From assembly GCA_964234715.1 (NCBI GenBank), contig OZ174280.1: a stretch of DNA of 64,000 nucleotides. One strand, 5' to 3'. Position numbers and translations under genes: made by a program. The notes under the pieces were generated by a model. The model was not told the origin of the DNA and ran no database searches. It was given only the letters and a program-made list of their open reading frames with translations. Each line of letters opens with the position of its first letter. Position 1 is the stretch's first letter. Of this stretch, positions 51,355 through 63,260 are shown piece after piece. Origin of the DNA: Podarcis melisellensis (taxonomy: Eukaryota).

Positions 51355-53244
51355 ACACCACTCAGACCAATAGTCAGCTCCATAGGCTCACCTCTACAAA
51401 ATCTCGCTAAATTTCTCGCCAAGCAACTTCAGCCCTATGCAGAATCCATCTCTTCACACGTTCCAAACTCCTTCCAGTTCATAGAAACAATAAAGAAGCA
51501 AAACCTACATCCTAATGACCTACTTGTGAGCTTCGATGTTGTATCTCTCTTCACACAAGTGCCCATTAATGAAGCCTTGACAGCCATTCAAAACAAATAC
51601 AATCCCCCCGAATACATCTTGGACCTGACCAACCACTGCCTAACCAACACGTACTTCATCCACAATGGACAAAGATACAAACAGATAGAAGGAGCACCTA
51701 TGGGATCACCCCTCTCACCGGTCATCGCAAACCTGTACATGGAACACTTTGAAACCAATGCTTTAGACAAGTCAGAACACAAACCCAAACTTTGGCTCAG
51801 ATATGTTGACGACACCTTTGTAATTTGGCCACACGGGAAGGAAAAACTGGATAGCTTCCTCACACATCTCAACAGCCTACACCCCAAAATACAATTCACT
51901 ATGGAAATAGAAGCCAACAACCAACTTCCCTTCCTTGACGTCCTAATCTACAAAAAACCGGATGGCTCCCTAGGACACACTATCTACCGGAAAAAAACAC
52001 ACACCAACCGCTACTTACATGCACAATCACACCACCACCCTGCACAAATAAACTCCGTAGCCAAGACTCTCATCTCCAGAACCAAACGCCTGGCTGACAA
52101 AGACCACTTGACAACTGAGTTACAGAATCTCTCAAATGTGTTAATTGCCAATGGATACCAGCAAAACAGGGTTACGAAGCTAATCCAAAAAGAAACACCC
52201 CCCAAAAACCAAGACACAGAAGAAAACAATGGCATGGCCCTCCTTCCTTATATCAAGGGCACTACAGATAAAATTAGCAAAATCCTCCATAAACACAATA
52301 TCAAAACAGCCTTTTGCACCAACCAAAAAATAGCCAATATCCTCAGAAACCCCAAGGATAAAATCCAGTTGGAAAACCAAGGGGTCTATGAAATACCCTG
52401 CAAAGTCTGCCCAGCCACATACATTGGACAAACAAACAGACGAATAAATGCATGTATCGCAGAACACAAGAATGCCGTCAAAAAAGAAGAAAAAACTTCC
52501 TCTCTTTTCCAACACATGAAAGAAACAGGACACGAAATTAATTTTGCAGATTCCAAATTGCTCTTTAACATGGAACATCACCACAAGAGAATAATCATGG
52601 AAGCCATCGAGATCGAGAAACACCCTCACAACATGAACAAGCGTGACGACACATCCCGCTTGCCAGACATCTGGAAATTAGCCCTCCCCACAAAAACTGA
52701 CACCAGATCCAGAGGCACACAGAACGCCATCACCAATCAACCACACCAGACCCAAACCCAGACCCTCTCCACAGATAAATTACAGACACCATCCAGTAGC
52801 CAAACCATGGAGGCACCTCCGGATGCTGCACCCCCCTGCAATCCCTACACAGATCTGGCTGACACAAGCCACAAAACCACAGCTCGCCCCTATACACGAA
52901 GCCAAGCCAGAGCACAACTAAGTGCAGTACAGCCATCTTCTCAGAAAAACTCTTCACAAAGTTCAAGAGGTCAAGACACAAAGACTTTAGCAACTAATCC
53001 ACACCTAATGACCCACCTAAGTGGTACTCAGGATATCACTCAAGAAATCACTCAGGATATCCCTCAAGTAATTAAGGAACAAAAGAAGAAAAGGCACACT
53101 AGCCTGGGAACTTCCTCTCTGCCCAGAACATTGGAGGCTATACACCACACCCCCTCAACAGTATTTATAGGAACTCAAACACTGAGATCCTGCTCTGTTC
53201 CAGTAACAAGAAGCCGAAAGCACCAGCCTGAAGATGACGAGTGA
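51355..53244 (+). CDS. Penelope reverse transcriptase + GIY-YIG endonuclease ORF (N-truncated; ORF track 51526-53244)
   Basis: Frame open from TPLRPIVS (51355) through SFDV, GAPMGSPLSP, RYVDD, LPFLDV, SHHHP and GVYEIPCKVC...YIGQT; no stops or frameshifts. Confidence 0.9.
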   Translation, partial: TPLRPIVSSIGSPLQNLAKFLAKQLQPYAESISSHVPNSFQFIETIKKQNLHPNDLLVSFDVVSLFTQVPINEALTAIQNKYNPPEYILDLTNHCLTNTYFIHNGQRYKQIEGAPMGSPLSPVIANLYMEHFETNALDKSEHKPKLWLRYVDDTFVIWPHGKEKLDSFLTHLNSLHPKIQFTMEIEANNQLPFLDVLIYKKPDGSLGHTIYRKKTHTNRYLHAQSHHHPAQINSVAKTLISRTKRLADKDHLTTELQNLSNVLIANGYQQNRVTKLIQKETPPKNQDTEENNGMALLPYIKGTTDKISKILHKHNIKTAFCTNQKIANILRNPKDKIQLENQGVYEIPCKVCPATYIGQTNRRINACIAEHKNAVKKEEKTSSLFQHMKETGHEINFADSKLLFNMEHHHKRIIMEAIEIEKHPHNMNKRDDTSRLPDIWKLALPTKTDTRSRGTQNAITNQPHQTQTQTLSTDKLQTPSSSQTMEAPPDAAPPCNPYTDLADTSHKTTARPYTRSQARAQLSAVQPSSQKNSSQSSRGQDTKTLATNPHLMTHLSGTQDITQEITQDIPQVIKEQKKKRHTSLGTSSLPRTLEAIHHTPSTVFIGTQTLRSCSVPVTRSRKHQPEDDE

Positions 53245-53261
53245 GACCTCGTCGAAACGTC
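53228..53261 (+). ncRNA. Minimal type I hammerhead ribozyme in the Penelope pLTR
   Basis: CUGAAGA-U-[GACGAG UGAGAC CUCGUC]-GAAAC-GUC; palindromic ACGU in place of helix III; stem I weak. Confidence 0.78.
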
Positions 53262-53316
53262 GCCTAGACACCCCAACTTTTACACGGGAAGACACCCGAG
53301 GACACCAAAACCTGCA

Positions 53317-53389
53317 TGTATATATATGTATACACACACACACACACACACACATACATATATATATATACACACACACATATATATAT
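53317..53389. repeat. (TA)/(CA) compound microsatellite
   Basis: Seen directly. Confidence 0.95.
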
Positions 53390-54748
53390 GCACTAAGCAT
53401 CAAATGGCTTCTTAAACCAGGAATGCCTAGTTGCCATTTTTGGGCCACATGGCTCAAAAGTCGTATTTTTCAATTCAACGTTTTGGTTCCTGAAATTCAT
53501 TCTGATTCTGCAGATAAAATCTAATGGGTAGAATTCTACAGGATGTGTTGCTGGTGTGTGGAAACAATAAAGATCCAGAAATCCCCAGGCATGCACCTCC
53601 AAATGGTGGAGACTTCCCCACCCTCTCTCTGCATGGCCTTTAAATCTGTTCTGGAGGTCCCCCTAACCCTCCAGAGCAAATTTTAGGGGGCAGAGAAGTT
53701 CCACTGCACAGCTAAACACCTTACGCTTGTGGAGCTGTTTTGCTGGATGTCTCCCACAGCTTTAAAACTACTGGATTAAACTGGTCTTCATCTGGCACAA
53801 CTGAGTTAAGCCCTGATAAATGGTGCATTACACCAACAACCCTAATACAATGTTACTGTTTAAAGGGGGGTATAGGAAAAGGAAAATGAGGGGGGGACGA
53901 CACACATATAGAGAGGGAGAAGAGTCCCACTCAGAAAAGGCAGAAGCATAATTTTGAATGCACAGATAGGTTCCAGGAGGGAAGAGGGGGACGGCGATGC
54001 ACACCAAAACAACATTTCTAGGAAATGCAACTCTTCCAGGGGATAAAACCTATTAGAAGCTGTCATTCTGAAACTGGGATAAACATTTTTTGGGGACATG
54101 AACTGTCAAGTCATATTGTTACAGACCCCAAAGTAGGCTGTAAACAGCTTTGAACTCCAGCATGTTTAAAAGGATACTGAAGAAAAACAACTGAAAAGCT
54201 TTGTCCATGCCAAAAGACCTTTAAGGGAGCACAAAATCTTGAATGTCTGCAAAATTCATTCCTCTGCTTTCAGACTAGGTGGCCCAGATTTCACATTTCA
54301 TTTCAACTTGCTTATACCGAATTTTGTACTTTGAATAGGGAGTTTTAAACCTCCCTATTCACACCTTCAGCGAAGACTAATCACATGGTTGGCATGCACA
54401 GCGTTAGCACAACCAGCCATTAATTCAATTTTGCTACTTAGTTATTTACAACCAAATCCCAGGGTAGGGACGTGGTCTCAAAACTTTTTGAGCAAATCTG
54501 CAAACCATTGAAATTGTTGTGGGCACCATGCATACCACAACCAAGCAAGGCATTACTGAAATCTGGACATGCCCTTTACACCTAGTTTGAAGTTCTCCAT
54601 TGTTGTAAGAGGAAGGGGAGGGGAAAATCACAGGTGTATTGAAAAGGAATTGGGCTACGCTATACAAAAGCTCTGACAGAACCTTAAAAACTGCTAGATA
54701 AAAGCATTTTGATATAGGGATAATAAACTGATTCTACAGCTCACTTTG

Positions 54749-55089
54749 TTTTTTTTTAATGAATATTTATTGAAGTTTCAAAAATTATATAAAATCAAAA
54801 CAAAATAACAATACATACAAACACAAACAAAAAGAAAAAAGGAAGAAAGAAAAAACAAGTATAGTTTCAATCCCTTATTTTCTTATAACTTACTTCCCCG
54901 ACTTCCTCATACCTCCCCTTTCTGTATTCCAATTTCTAATTATTAATTCAGCAAATCCTGTCCCTTATTTTTCATTTAGTTTTTAACCTTTCTTTTCTTT
55001 TTACTTAACCATTACAGCTGGGAACCACAATTTTTTTTAAACCAACGTCATTCTAACAATTTTGCAATATTTCTTAAGATAGTCCTTAC
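54749..55089 (-). mobile_element. L1-type LINE 3' end
   Basis: Poly(A) tail on the minus strand; 15-bp TSD ctacagctcactttg. Confidence 0.8.
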
Positions 55090-55539
55090 CTACAGCTCAC
55101 TTTGAGAGCTGTCTCTAGGAATTCTCAAATGTTGTTATAGTCACTGTTGCTATATATCACTGCTGTGATACCCCATGAGTGCAGAAGAAACACAAAGTAC
55201 TGGGCAACTTGTATTTTATTTTACTTAACTCAGGTGGCTGAAACAATTTCATAACCTCTACATAACTATGGAAATAGGTCTCTGTGCCTGAAGAAATACA
55301 TTTTTAAAAAATGAAAGAAAAGGTATTGAGGGTATTGGTTGCCAAGATCCTGACTTTACTCTGCACATAGTGAGAAAGCACTCTTTGCAGGAGCATCAGT
55401 TTGAATATATGTAAATGCTTAATCAGCCACCAGAATCGTTGCCACATTTAACATAAGCATAAAGCTTTATTTGGTGACCAGTGATCTGATTAAGTAACAT
55501 TCCATATCCCCTGAGAAAGAGTCACCGCCTCTTCCCACA

Positions 55540-55775
55540 TGGGTCACCTGAGTTTGTTATGAATGTTTCAGGAAACCCCTATAACTGAAGCAGGAACTCT
55601 GCTGGTACCTGTCCACTAAGCTTGTCTCAGAGGCCACCTCCCTTCAGTAAGTGATGTTCTTTAACTGCATGCATAGGTGAAAAAGTACTTACCTTTGTCT
55701 GTCCTGAATCTTCCAGCATTCAGCTTCCTTGGATGACCCCAAGTTCCAGTATTCTTCCATCTCTCAGAATATTCT
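55540..55775 (-). mobile_element. CR1 LINE fragment
   Basis: Minus strand ggggtcatccaaggaagctgaatgctggaagattcaggacagacaaagg is typical of the CR1 ORF2 end; a continuation lies at about 56170-56345. Confidence 0.6.
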
Positions 55776-55804
55776 CATTCTGGGATATCAAATGAAGCTG
55801 AATA

Positions 55805-56155
55805 CAGTGGTACCTCTGGTTGCGAACGGGGTCTCCGTCTCGCTGCTCTAGCTTGGGGATGGCTGCGTGCAAAGCCTCTGCAGGGCAGCGGGGCGCTGCG
55901 CTCCAAAGGCTTCAGGGATCTTTGAGGCTGGCGGTGGGGGAAAGCAGCGCTTCCCCCCACCGCCAGCCCCACAAGCTCTGGTGAATGTACCTTGAATGCA
56001 CCTTGTTTTAGAGGGGGAGAACAAGAAAAAAAAAATTGGTCTGGTGCGTCCAATGGAGCAAAAAATACGGTAATCCTTTCCGGTACTTCCGGGTTACCGC
56101 GGGACGCAACCTGAAAACGCTCAACCTAAAGCAAATGCAACACGGAGTATGACTG
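55805..56155. mobile_element. Mariner/Tigger-type MITE with nested CCGTATTTTT-family fragment
   Basis: ta|cagtggtacctc ... gagtatgactg|ta; internal gcaaaaaatacggta end at about 56072. Confidence 0.65.
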
Positions 56156-57594
56156 TATTGGAAAATTTGGAACAGATGAAAGTTAGTTCTTTAAGCTAAA
56201 AATCCTCAAATATTGCAACCTTTCCTCATAGGAGAATTGCTCCAATCCCTTGATCATTTTGGTTTCCTTTCTTCTGAAGCTTTTCCAGCTCTACAAGGTG
56301 AGGTGACCAGTATTATACACAGTATTCCAAGTGCAGATGGCAGTTTTATTTTCAAAAAAGGGATTTTTTTTAAAAAAAATCAGTCTTGGATTCCACCTCA
56401 CTGCTTTAATGTTGCAGAGCTGTGACATTCCAGACTGATGGCATCAACCTCATGTCACATTTTTTTTAAAAAATAAAATAAAATCTAGAGCGGTGCTTCT
56501 GTGAAAGTGTGAAGCATGATAGAGCACTTCTGCGTATGTGCGAAGCACGTTTCTGCACACACAGCAAAACCCGGAAGTATACACTTCCGGGTTTGCTGCG
56601 TTGGCAAGCCAAAAAGACACAACATGAACCTAACGCAACACGAGGTATGGCTGTATTGAGTACATTATGTTGAGGACTAATTCTTGGTTGAATATGGTAC
56701 ATCATTTAGAGCCTGGCTTCAGAAAAAAGCTAGACCGAGGTACAGTGGAAAAACGTTTTGCACAATTGCTAGCTGGTTGCTTTCCTCCTTTTTCATGGCA
56801 TATGTGTTATTGAATGCTTAGTAGAGCAAAACAGGGACTGCATCCTCCACCTTGTTTCATCTATTTTTGATTTCTAGCCCATAACATTTGGGTTTAGTGA
56901 AGAACTGTCACATGACCTTCTGTGTAAGGCATTCAGCATTAAGAGAGAAGGTGGATAGTTTCAGGTAATATCATGTCTTGGCCCTGCCTCCCAGGAATCA
57001 AGCAGTTTTATTATGAGACACACAAAAGGTAATGATTCATTCTCATGTTCACTGCTTAGCTTCTTGCAGCTCTTTATTGCATGCGACGTTACTAAAACTG
57101 TAAGATGCCTATTTGTAAACTAGGTTATGCTGTTAGTTGCTCTATTAAAATATCATCAAGTTGGCTTTTCTCTCCTTCCATACTTACCCGCTGTTGGGAG
57201 TGATCATGTGCATAATTAGCCAGTACAAAACTTGAGGCATTAGTATGCCACCTTATTATGCAAGTTTGAATGTGTTGCGTTTGGTGGACAAGCCAGAAGT
57301 AATTGTGGCAATTAACAGTGCCTCAGGGATACGGAGATGCCAGTGTTTTTCCGACTGTGTGCTACTAGATGGCTGATATCACAGCTTTCTTCATTTCTCT
57401 TGCTGTATTATTATAGCTTCTGTCTAATTCATTAGGATTTTTATTGTTAAGTTTATAGACAGCAACAAAAACTGACTTAATAGGCAAATCATGAAAGTTA
57501 TAAACCAGCAATTAATCAAAGTAGACGCAAGCTTTCTATAATGTGGTTGATGCATTTGATGCTGCTTAAAGAAGGCTGATCGCCGAAGAATTGA

Positions 57595-57721
57595 TGTATC
57601 TGAAGAAGTGTGCATGCACACGAAAGCTCATACCAAGAACTAACTTAGTTGGTCTTTAAGGTGCTACTGGAAGGAATTTTTTTTGTTTTGACTATGGCAG
57701 ACCAACACGGCTACCTATCTG
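57595..57721 (+). mobile_element. ~130-bp hammerhead-bearing mini-retroelement (PLE pLTR-derived)
   Basis: Near-identical reverse complement of 61303-61435. Confidence 0.8.
57596..57633 (+). ncRNA. Minimal type I hammerhead ribozyme
   Basis: GUAU-CUGAAGA-A-[GUGUG CAUG CACAC]-GAAAG-CUC-AUAC; stem I GUAU/AUAC, palindromic AGCU helix III. Confidence 0.82.
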
Positions 57722-59181
57722 CACCTGTAGGTGAGTTTCAGAGTGAGTTCCCTTCTTTTGGCTGATATGGACTCAAAGGGAGGTTTATACCACATTCTGG
57801 TGGGTGGGGTAATGCCATACCCTATGTTGTGCTCCCATTGTTCTTTGATTGAGTCGGGGGGGGGGGGTTGTGGAATTTTGGAGCAGTATTTTGTATACTG
57901 TGGATACCATCCCTTTACTATGTCGCTCTGCTGTCCACTATACAAAAGAATATAAGCATTACCACCTGACCCCTCCTCTTCCCCAACCTTATACTGTAAT
58001 CAACACTAATGTCTCACAGCAAATGCAACTGATTTGTAGGAAAGACTGTACAACCTGAAATAAGACAAAATGCATGTACTTTTGTAAACCAAGAAAATCT
58101 TTATGTATTTAACTAATTAAGGATATACTCCGTTACTCTAACTTGCCACATCTGTCTCCAGCGACAGCACCATCTCTTAGATGTAATCTCTGATTGTAGG
58201 AGTTCACTCAACAAAGTAGAGATTAGCGTTAGAGAGCGTACTGAAGCAACAGAAGTAACTTGGGAAAACAGTGGTTGTCAACAGTGCCCCCCACGCAAAA
58301 AGCTGGAAGTTATTTTAAAGTGTCTTTTAAGTGTCTTTTAAAACACACTGTTGGTAGTATAATGTTGAGTACCAACCCTATGTTATAGTCATCTTACAGA
58401 TGAGTTAGGAACAGCTGAAAACATATTTTTTGCCTAATGAGAACTTAGAGACACTACTTTGAATAAAGGCAGGCCTGGTTCCACATCAAGAGGGTATCAG
58501 AACCAGTAAAGTACTGGAAGTGCCTTCATTCCAAAACTTTGCAATTTACATGTTTGCAGATGTTGCCTGTTTGAGAATGATTCAGAGAACCGTTTGTTTG
58601 GGTAAGGGAAGGCTTTTTTATACATTTCCCAGAAGGAACAGGGTGTAATCAGAATAGAGAAAAGATAATAATGAAGGAGCATGTTGACAGTTTAATTTAG
58701 GGCCGAGCAAAAATGGCCTTCCAGCCCTATTTGCAACTAGTGAAATGGGTGGCAGAGTTTTCCCAGGTATTCTTGGGGCTGGGGCTGGGGCAAGGGGATA
58801 GGGCAAGAATCTTCAAGAGACTGGGGAGGCTGAAAAATTTAACCTTCATTAAATTTTAACTTTGTTATTACAGAATGAAACTATTTGGTGCTGGTGAATG
58901 AAGAAAGCAATGAATTTAGAGGAGAAGACTTTTGCCTTGGCTCTTCTTTAACTATTTTGACTAATACCGGTGATTAGAATGCATCTGGGTGACTGGTTAG
59001 GGCTTTCATTCAAAAATTTCCTTTTCTTCTGCCATGTCCTTTGTGACAGGAAGGGCATTCTAAAAATTATATTCTCTCCAGGTGAGACAGGTGGCAAAAC
59101 CAGATAATTATTACATCTCTTTCCTAAGTTACCTCTTAGGGGCTGGGGAAACCCAGCCAGATGGGAAGGGTATAAATAAAT

Positions 59182-59213
<32 letters not shown>

Positions 59214-61302
59214 TAGATAAAAACTCCAGTGCTCTCAGCAAGTTGCTTATTTGACCTGATGAATGCTTCTCAATTTGTCCAAGACCAGTATGCATAATTA
59301 AAAATAGAGCCCTATTTCAGGAACAGGACATTTACTTTGAAAGTTCAAGCAAGTTCATATGTGCTCATTTAATCTTTAATTTTTTTGTTTCACATAAAAT
59401 TTAATAAGTTCTTTCTTGGGTTAGGCCTTCTATTGTTGATTTGCTAATAGAGGTAAATAATGCAAATATTATCTTTGTTCTCAGAACAAATATACTTTAA
59501 CAATAGTTTACCATTATTTGACTGGTGTTTGAAGGATTTGTGTTTACAGGAATATGTTTATTATCTGTATTGCTCTGGTCAATATTTCCCCTTCTCTGTT
59601 CTGGGGAACTACTATTCTTCTAATGAGTGACCTTTTAAGCAATTGAGAATATGTTTCGTGAGTAATTTTAAAAGCTTTTCTCCTCCTGTTTTCCAATATA
59701 AACAACCTTCATTCTCCAAGCAGAGTTCCTGGGAGATAGATGTTAACAGATTGCAAGTCAGACAATGGATAATTGGTCAAAAATTCAATACATGACACTA
59801 ATTACAGCATTGTAGACATCAACAAAAAAGTTTCAGGGTTCCAGTTATATTGCTGGTCTGATCACTATAGCTTGCAAAGCACTGAATAACAACATGCAGA
59901 CTGCCTTTAGGTTGCTTCTTGGAGACAGAAGGGTAGTGATAACCAGCATTCCCAAACTGTTGATAAGGTTTTATTCTGCCAAGACTTTGGTAAAATTAGA
60001 GCTGGTTCTAGTGATATGGTAGTGCCAACTTCTGAATACGACAAAAATGAAAAATACTATTTGTATTAGCAGTGTAATAATATTTTTGAATTTCCATGAA
60101 CTGGGAAATTGCATCATGTGAACAGATTATTCCATGTGATGTGGAAGTACATGAGTTATAGGCTCAGGAACCTAGGGGGAGATTATGTCAATGTCAATGC
60201 GCTAAATGTAATATGTTCTAATGATGTGTTCAGAAGAATAATGTTTTATAGTGTTTTTAAATTGCTGAATGTTTATACGTTCCTGTTTTTTGGAGATACC
60301 ATCTTTGTATTGTAAATCACCTAGAGATTATGAGAGTGAACTTAATAAGCTTAATAAATAGGAACAGTTCCATATGTACCCGCTTCAACTTGTGGAGCAT
60401 TATACTAATCATTGCAGTGCAAAACCACAAGGGATCTGTAACAATTTAATTGGATTGCTTTGTGAATCCATTTGGAACAATACAGGCAGGGAGAGGCAGC
60501 TGCCTGGGCTCCCCACAGCACTGAGACTGGTTGGGCATAACTGCATAATGCAGCACAGGAACAGCTCAAATGTTGTCATTGTTGTGTTTCTTACCCATCT
60601 GCCACCATGAGATTGCAGAGTGGGTTACAACAATTTGGTCATGTGGTCATGTGACTGGGATGAAGTGAATAGACATGAAAGGATGGAAGAGCAAGTTCAG
60701 GTTGGATATTTAGAATGCAATAAGTACCACTGATGACAAATATTCTTATTTGGCGTATCAGATCATAAAAACATATGAATCTCTTTTTAAACAGGGGTAT
60801 CTACAGGCGAGAGCTTCTCTCCTCATTTAGACATATCATAGCTTGTGGTTTGCATGTGGTGTAGCATAACTTTGGTGCCATGCAACTTTCTTGTTTCTTT
60901 TGTAAGACAAATTCAGTGCATTGGAGAAACAGTCCAAATAAAGCCACGTGAGTAGAATTCTGACTGCACAACGTGGCTTTCCTGTCCCTGTCCAACTGCA
61001 GCCCTCCAACCTCCTTGAGGAGATACTTCTGAGCATCTGAGGATCCATAACTGGCCTGGAATTTGGTGCTGAAATTTGCAGGGACATCCGGTAGAAGCTG
61101 AAGTACCTTCACACACAAGTTGTGGGTGCAAGTCATTGCTTTGTTAAGCATAAGGCACAAAGTTTCCCAGGAGAAATGCAGAATGCTGTATAAAGTTTAC
61201 TTCTCTGGAACGTGGAAATATTGCCTTCTTTTGAAATGGTCAGCATCACAGTTAGTGGTGATATGTTTGAGGATAGTAGCATGTATCACTGTTTATAATC
61301 TA

Positions 61303-61435
61303 GTTACAGATAGGTAGCCGTGTTGGTCTGCCATAGTCAAAACAAAAAAAATTCCTTCCAGTAGCACCTTAAAGACCAACTAAGTTAGTTCTTGGTATGA
61401 GCTTTCGTGTGCATGCACACTTCTTCAGATACACA
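61303..61435 (-). mobile_element. 133-bp hammerhead-bearing mini-retroelement
   Basis: 9-bp TSD tataatcta (61294-61302 / 61436-61444). Confidence 0.85.
61395..61432 (-). ncRNA. Minimal type I hammerhead ribozyme (sense to XPR1 pre-mRNA)
   Basis: Exact reverse complement of 57596-57633. Confidence 0.82.
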
Positions 61436-62474
61436 TATAATCTATAATGCCTTAGTTTAGGTCAGTAGTAGAATAAAGGCATCCATAGAAAATTGAGCAA
61501 TCATCTTGTGACTTCTTAAATAAGACATTACCCTTTGTATTATGAAACTAGCTGGTAGTGCAGTTTTTTTTAATGGATGATACAGTTTCCATTCTACCTT
61601 TTTTTCAACACTGAACACGATACCTAACTTTTTCATGGTAACAGTGATCTGAATGAACCCAGATTGCTGATTTACAACAGGCCAATTAAATGCCAATGAG
61701 GGGTAAAAACATATTGTTCAGTCACTAGGGCGTCTAAAAGCTGATCCTCTATATATGATTTGACTGTTTGATCATAAGACTTGCATGATGGTAATAGCAG
61801 TAATCTCTACAGTGATATCTGAGAAATCTTATTCTCCTTTTGGATAACAGTTTGCTTTTTATCTTCTGAGGTGTACTGATTTTTTTTTAGAATAATAATG
61901 GCTTGGATGATGACTGCTCCTTTGGGTGTATTTAAGTCATCAGTAACCAGGTGAAAATAGACCTGTCTCCTTGCAACCTTCTCTTATTTCCCATGCTTGG
62001 TTCACCATAATCTCTCTTATCTCAATACCAATTAAAAAAAAACTCCCAGAAGTTCATTTAATTCTCTTGCTCTTAATTCCACTCCTATGGTAACAAAGCA
62101 AATCCCCAGCCTTCTGTCCCTTTCAGAATCTCTTCTCCAATAGATAGAAATTAACCAAGCACAAGTGTTAAGGAGCTATGGTGTTAAAGTTGTCTAGTTC
62201 GAAAAAGGAACATGACATTTATTCTAGTATGCTTTCCCCTTTCCTGCCAGGTCATAAGCATCTTCTCCAGTATAACAGGTGAGGTTTACCTCTTTTCTGA
62301 CAGGAACCCAAGAGGGCTCCCCCCTCCCATGTACACCTCTTAAAGTGACATTAACTTTTCTAATTCATCTTCTGTTAATAATTAGGTAGAGATTCACATC
62401 CTATAATATATATCACAAATGTTTTGACAAGCCTCATGGACATAGTTTCAACAATCTGAGTTAATTACTTTGCC

Positions 62475-63260
62475 GTTGTTGTTTAGTCGTTTAGTTGTGT
62501 CCGACTCTTCGTGACCCCATGGACCAGAGCACACCAGGCACTCCTGTCTTCCACTGCCTCCCACAGTTTGGTCAAACTCATGCTGGTAGCTTCGAGAACA
62601 CTGTCCCACCATCTCGTCCTCCGTCGTCCCCTTCTCCTTGTGCCCTCCATCTTTCCCAACATCAGGGTCTTTTCCAGGGAGTCTTCTCTTCTCATGAGGT
62701 GGCCAAAAGTCTTGGAGCCTCAGCTTCAGGATCTGTCCTTCCAGTGAGCACTCAGGGCTGATTTCCTTAAGAATGGATAGGTTTGATCTTCTTGCAGTCA
62801 AAAGCATCAATTCTTCGGCGATCAGCCTTCTTTATGGTCCAACTCTCACTTCCATACATCACTACTGGGGAAACCATAGCTTTAACGATACGGACCTTTG
62901 TCGGCAAGGTGATATCTCTGCTTTTTAAGATGCTGTCCAGGTTTGTCATCGCTTTCCCCCCCAAGAAGCAGGCATCTTTTGATTTTGTGACTGCTGTCAC
63001 CATCTGCAGCGATCATGGAGCCCAAGAAAGTAAAATCTCTCACTGCCTACATTTATTCCCTTTCTATTTGCCAGGAGGTGATGGGACCAGTGGCCATGAT
63101 CTTCGTTTTTTTGATGTTGAGCTTCAGACCATATTTTGCGCTTTCCTCTTTCACCCTTGAGGTTCTTTAATTCCTCCTCACTTTCTGCCATCAAAGTTGT
63201 GTCATCTGCATATCTGAAGTTGTCGATATTTCTTCCAGCAATCTTTATTTTGGTTTGGGA
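62475..63260 (-). mobile_element. Bov-B LINE, 5'-truncated, with internal deletions
   Basis: RT motif NFRYADDTTLMAESEEEL near 63165-63225; Bov-B 3' end; frameshifts. Confidence 0.92.

Larger units (their letters stand above)
51355..53317 (+). mobile_element. Penelope-like retroelement (Penelope/Poseidon group), 5'-truncated with inverted 3' copy
   Basis: RT plus GIY-YIG ORF, hammerhead-containing pLTR, ends in a (TA/CA)n microsatellite. Confidence 0.93.
57715..62450 (-). mobile_element. Fragmented old L1/Tx1-like LINE remnants interspersed with younger inserts
   Basis: Peptide QWEHNIG...SAKRRELTLKLTYR (57715-57945) resembles the L1 ORF2 C-terminal region; T-rich plus-strand bias. Boundaries are uncertain. 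Confidence 0.35.

Noticed and set aside
55685-55745. Strong minus-strand donor (aaag|gtaagt) as a candidate XPR1 exon 2
   Set aside because: The upstream sequence does not encode AFKDMLYSAQDQ and matches a CR1 3' fragment.
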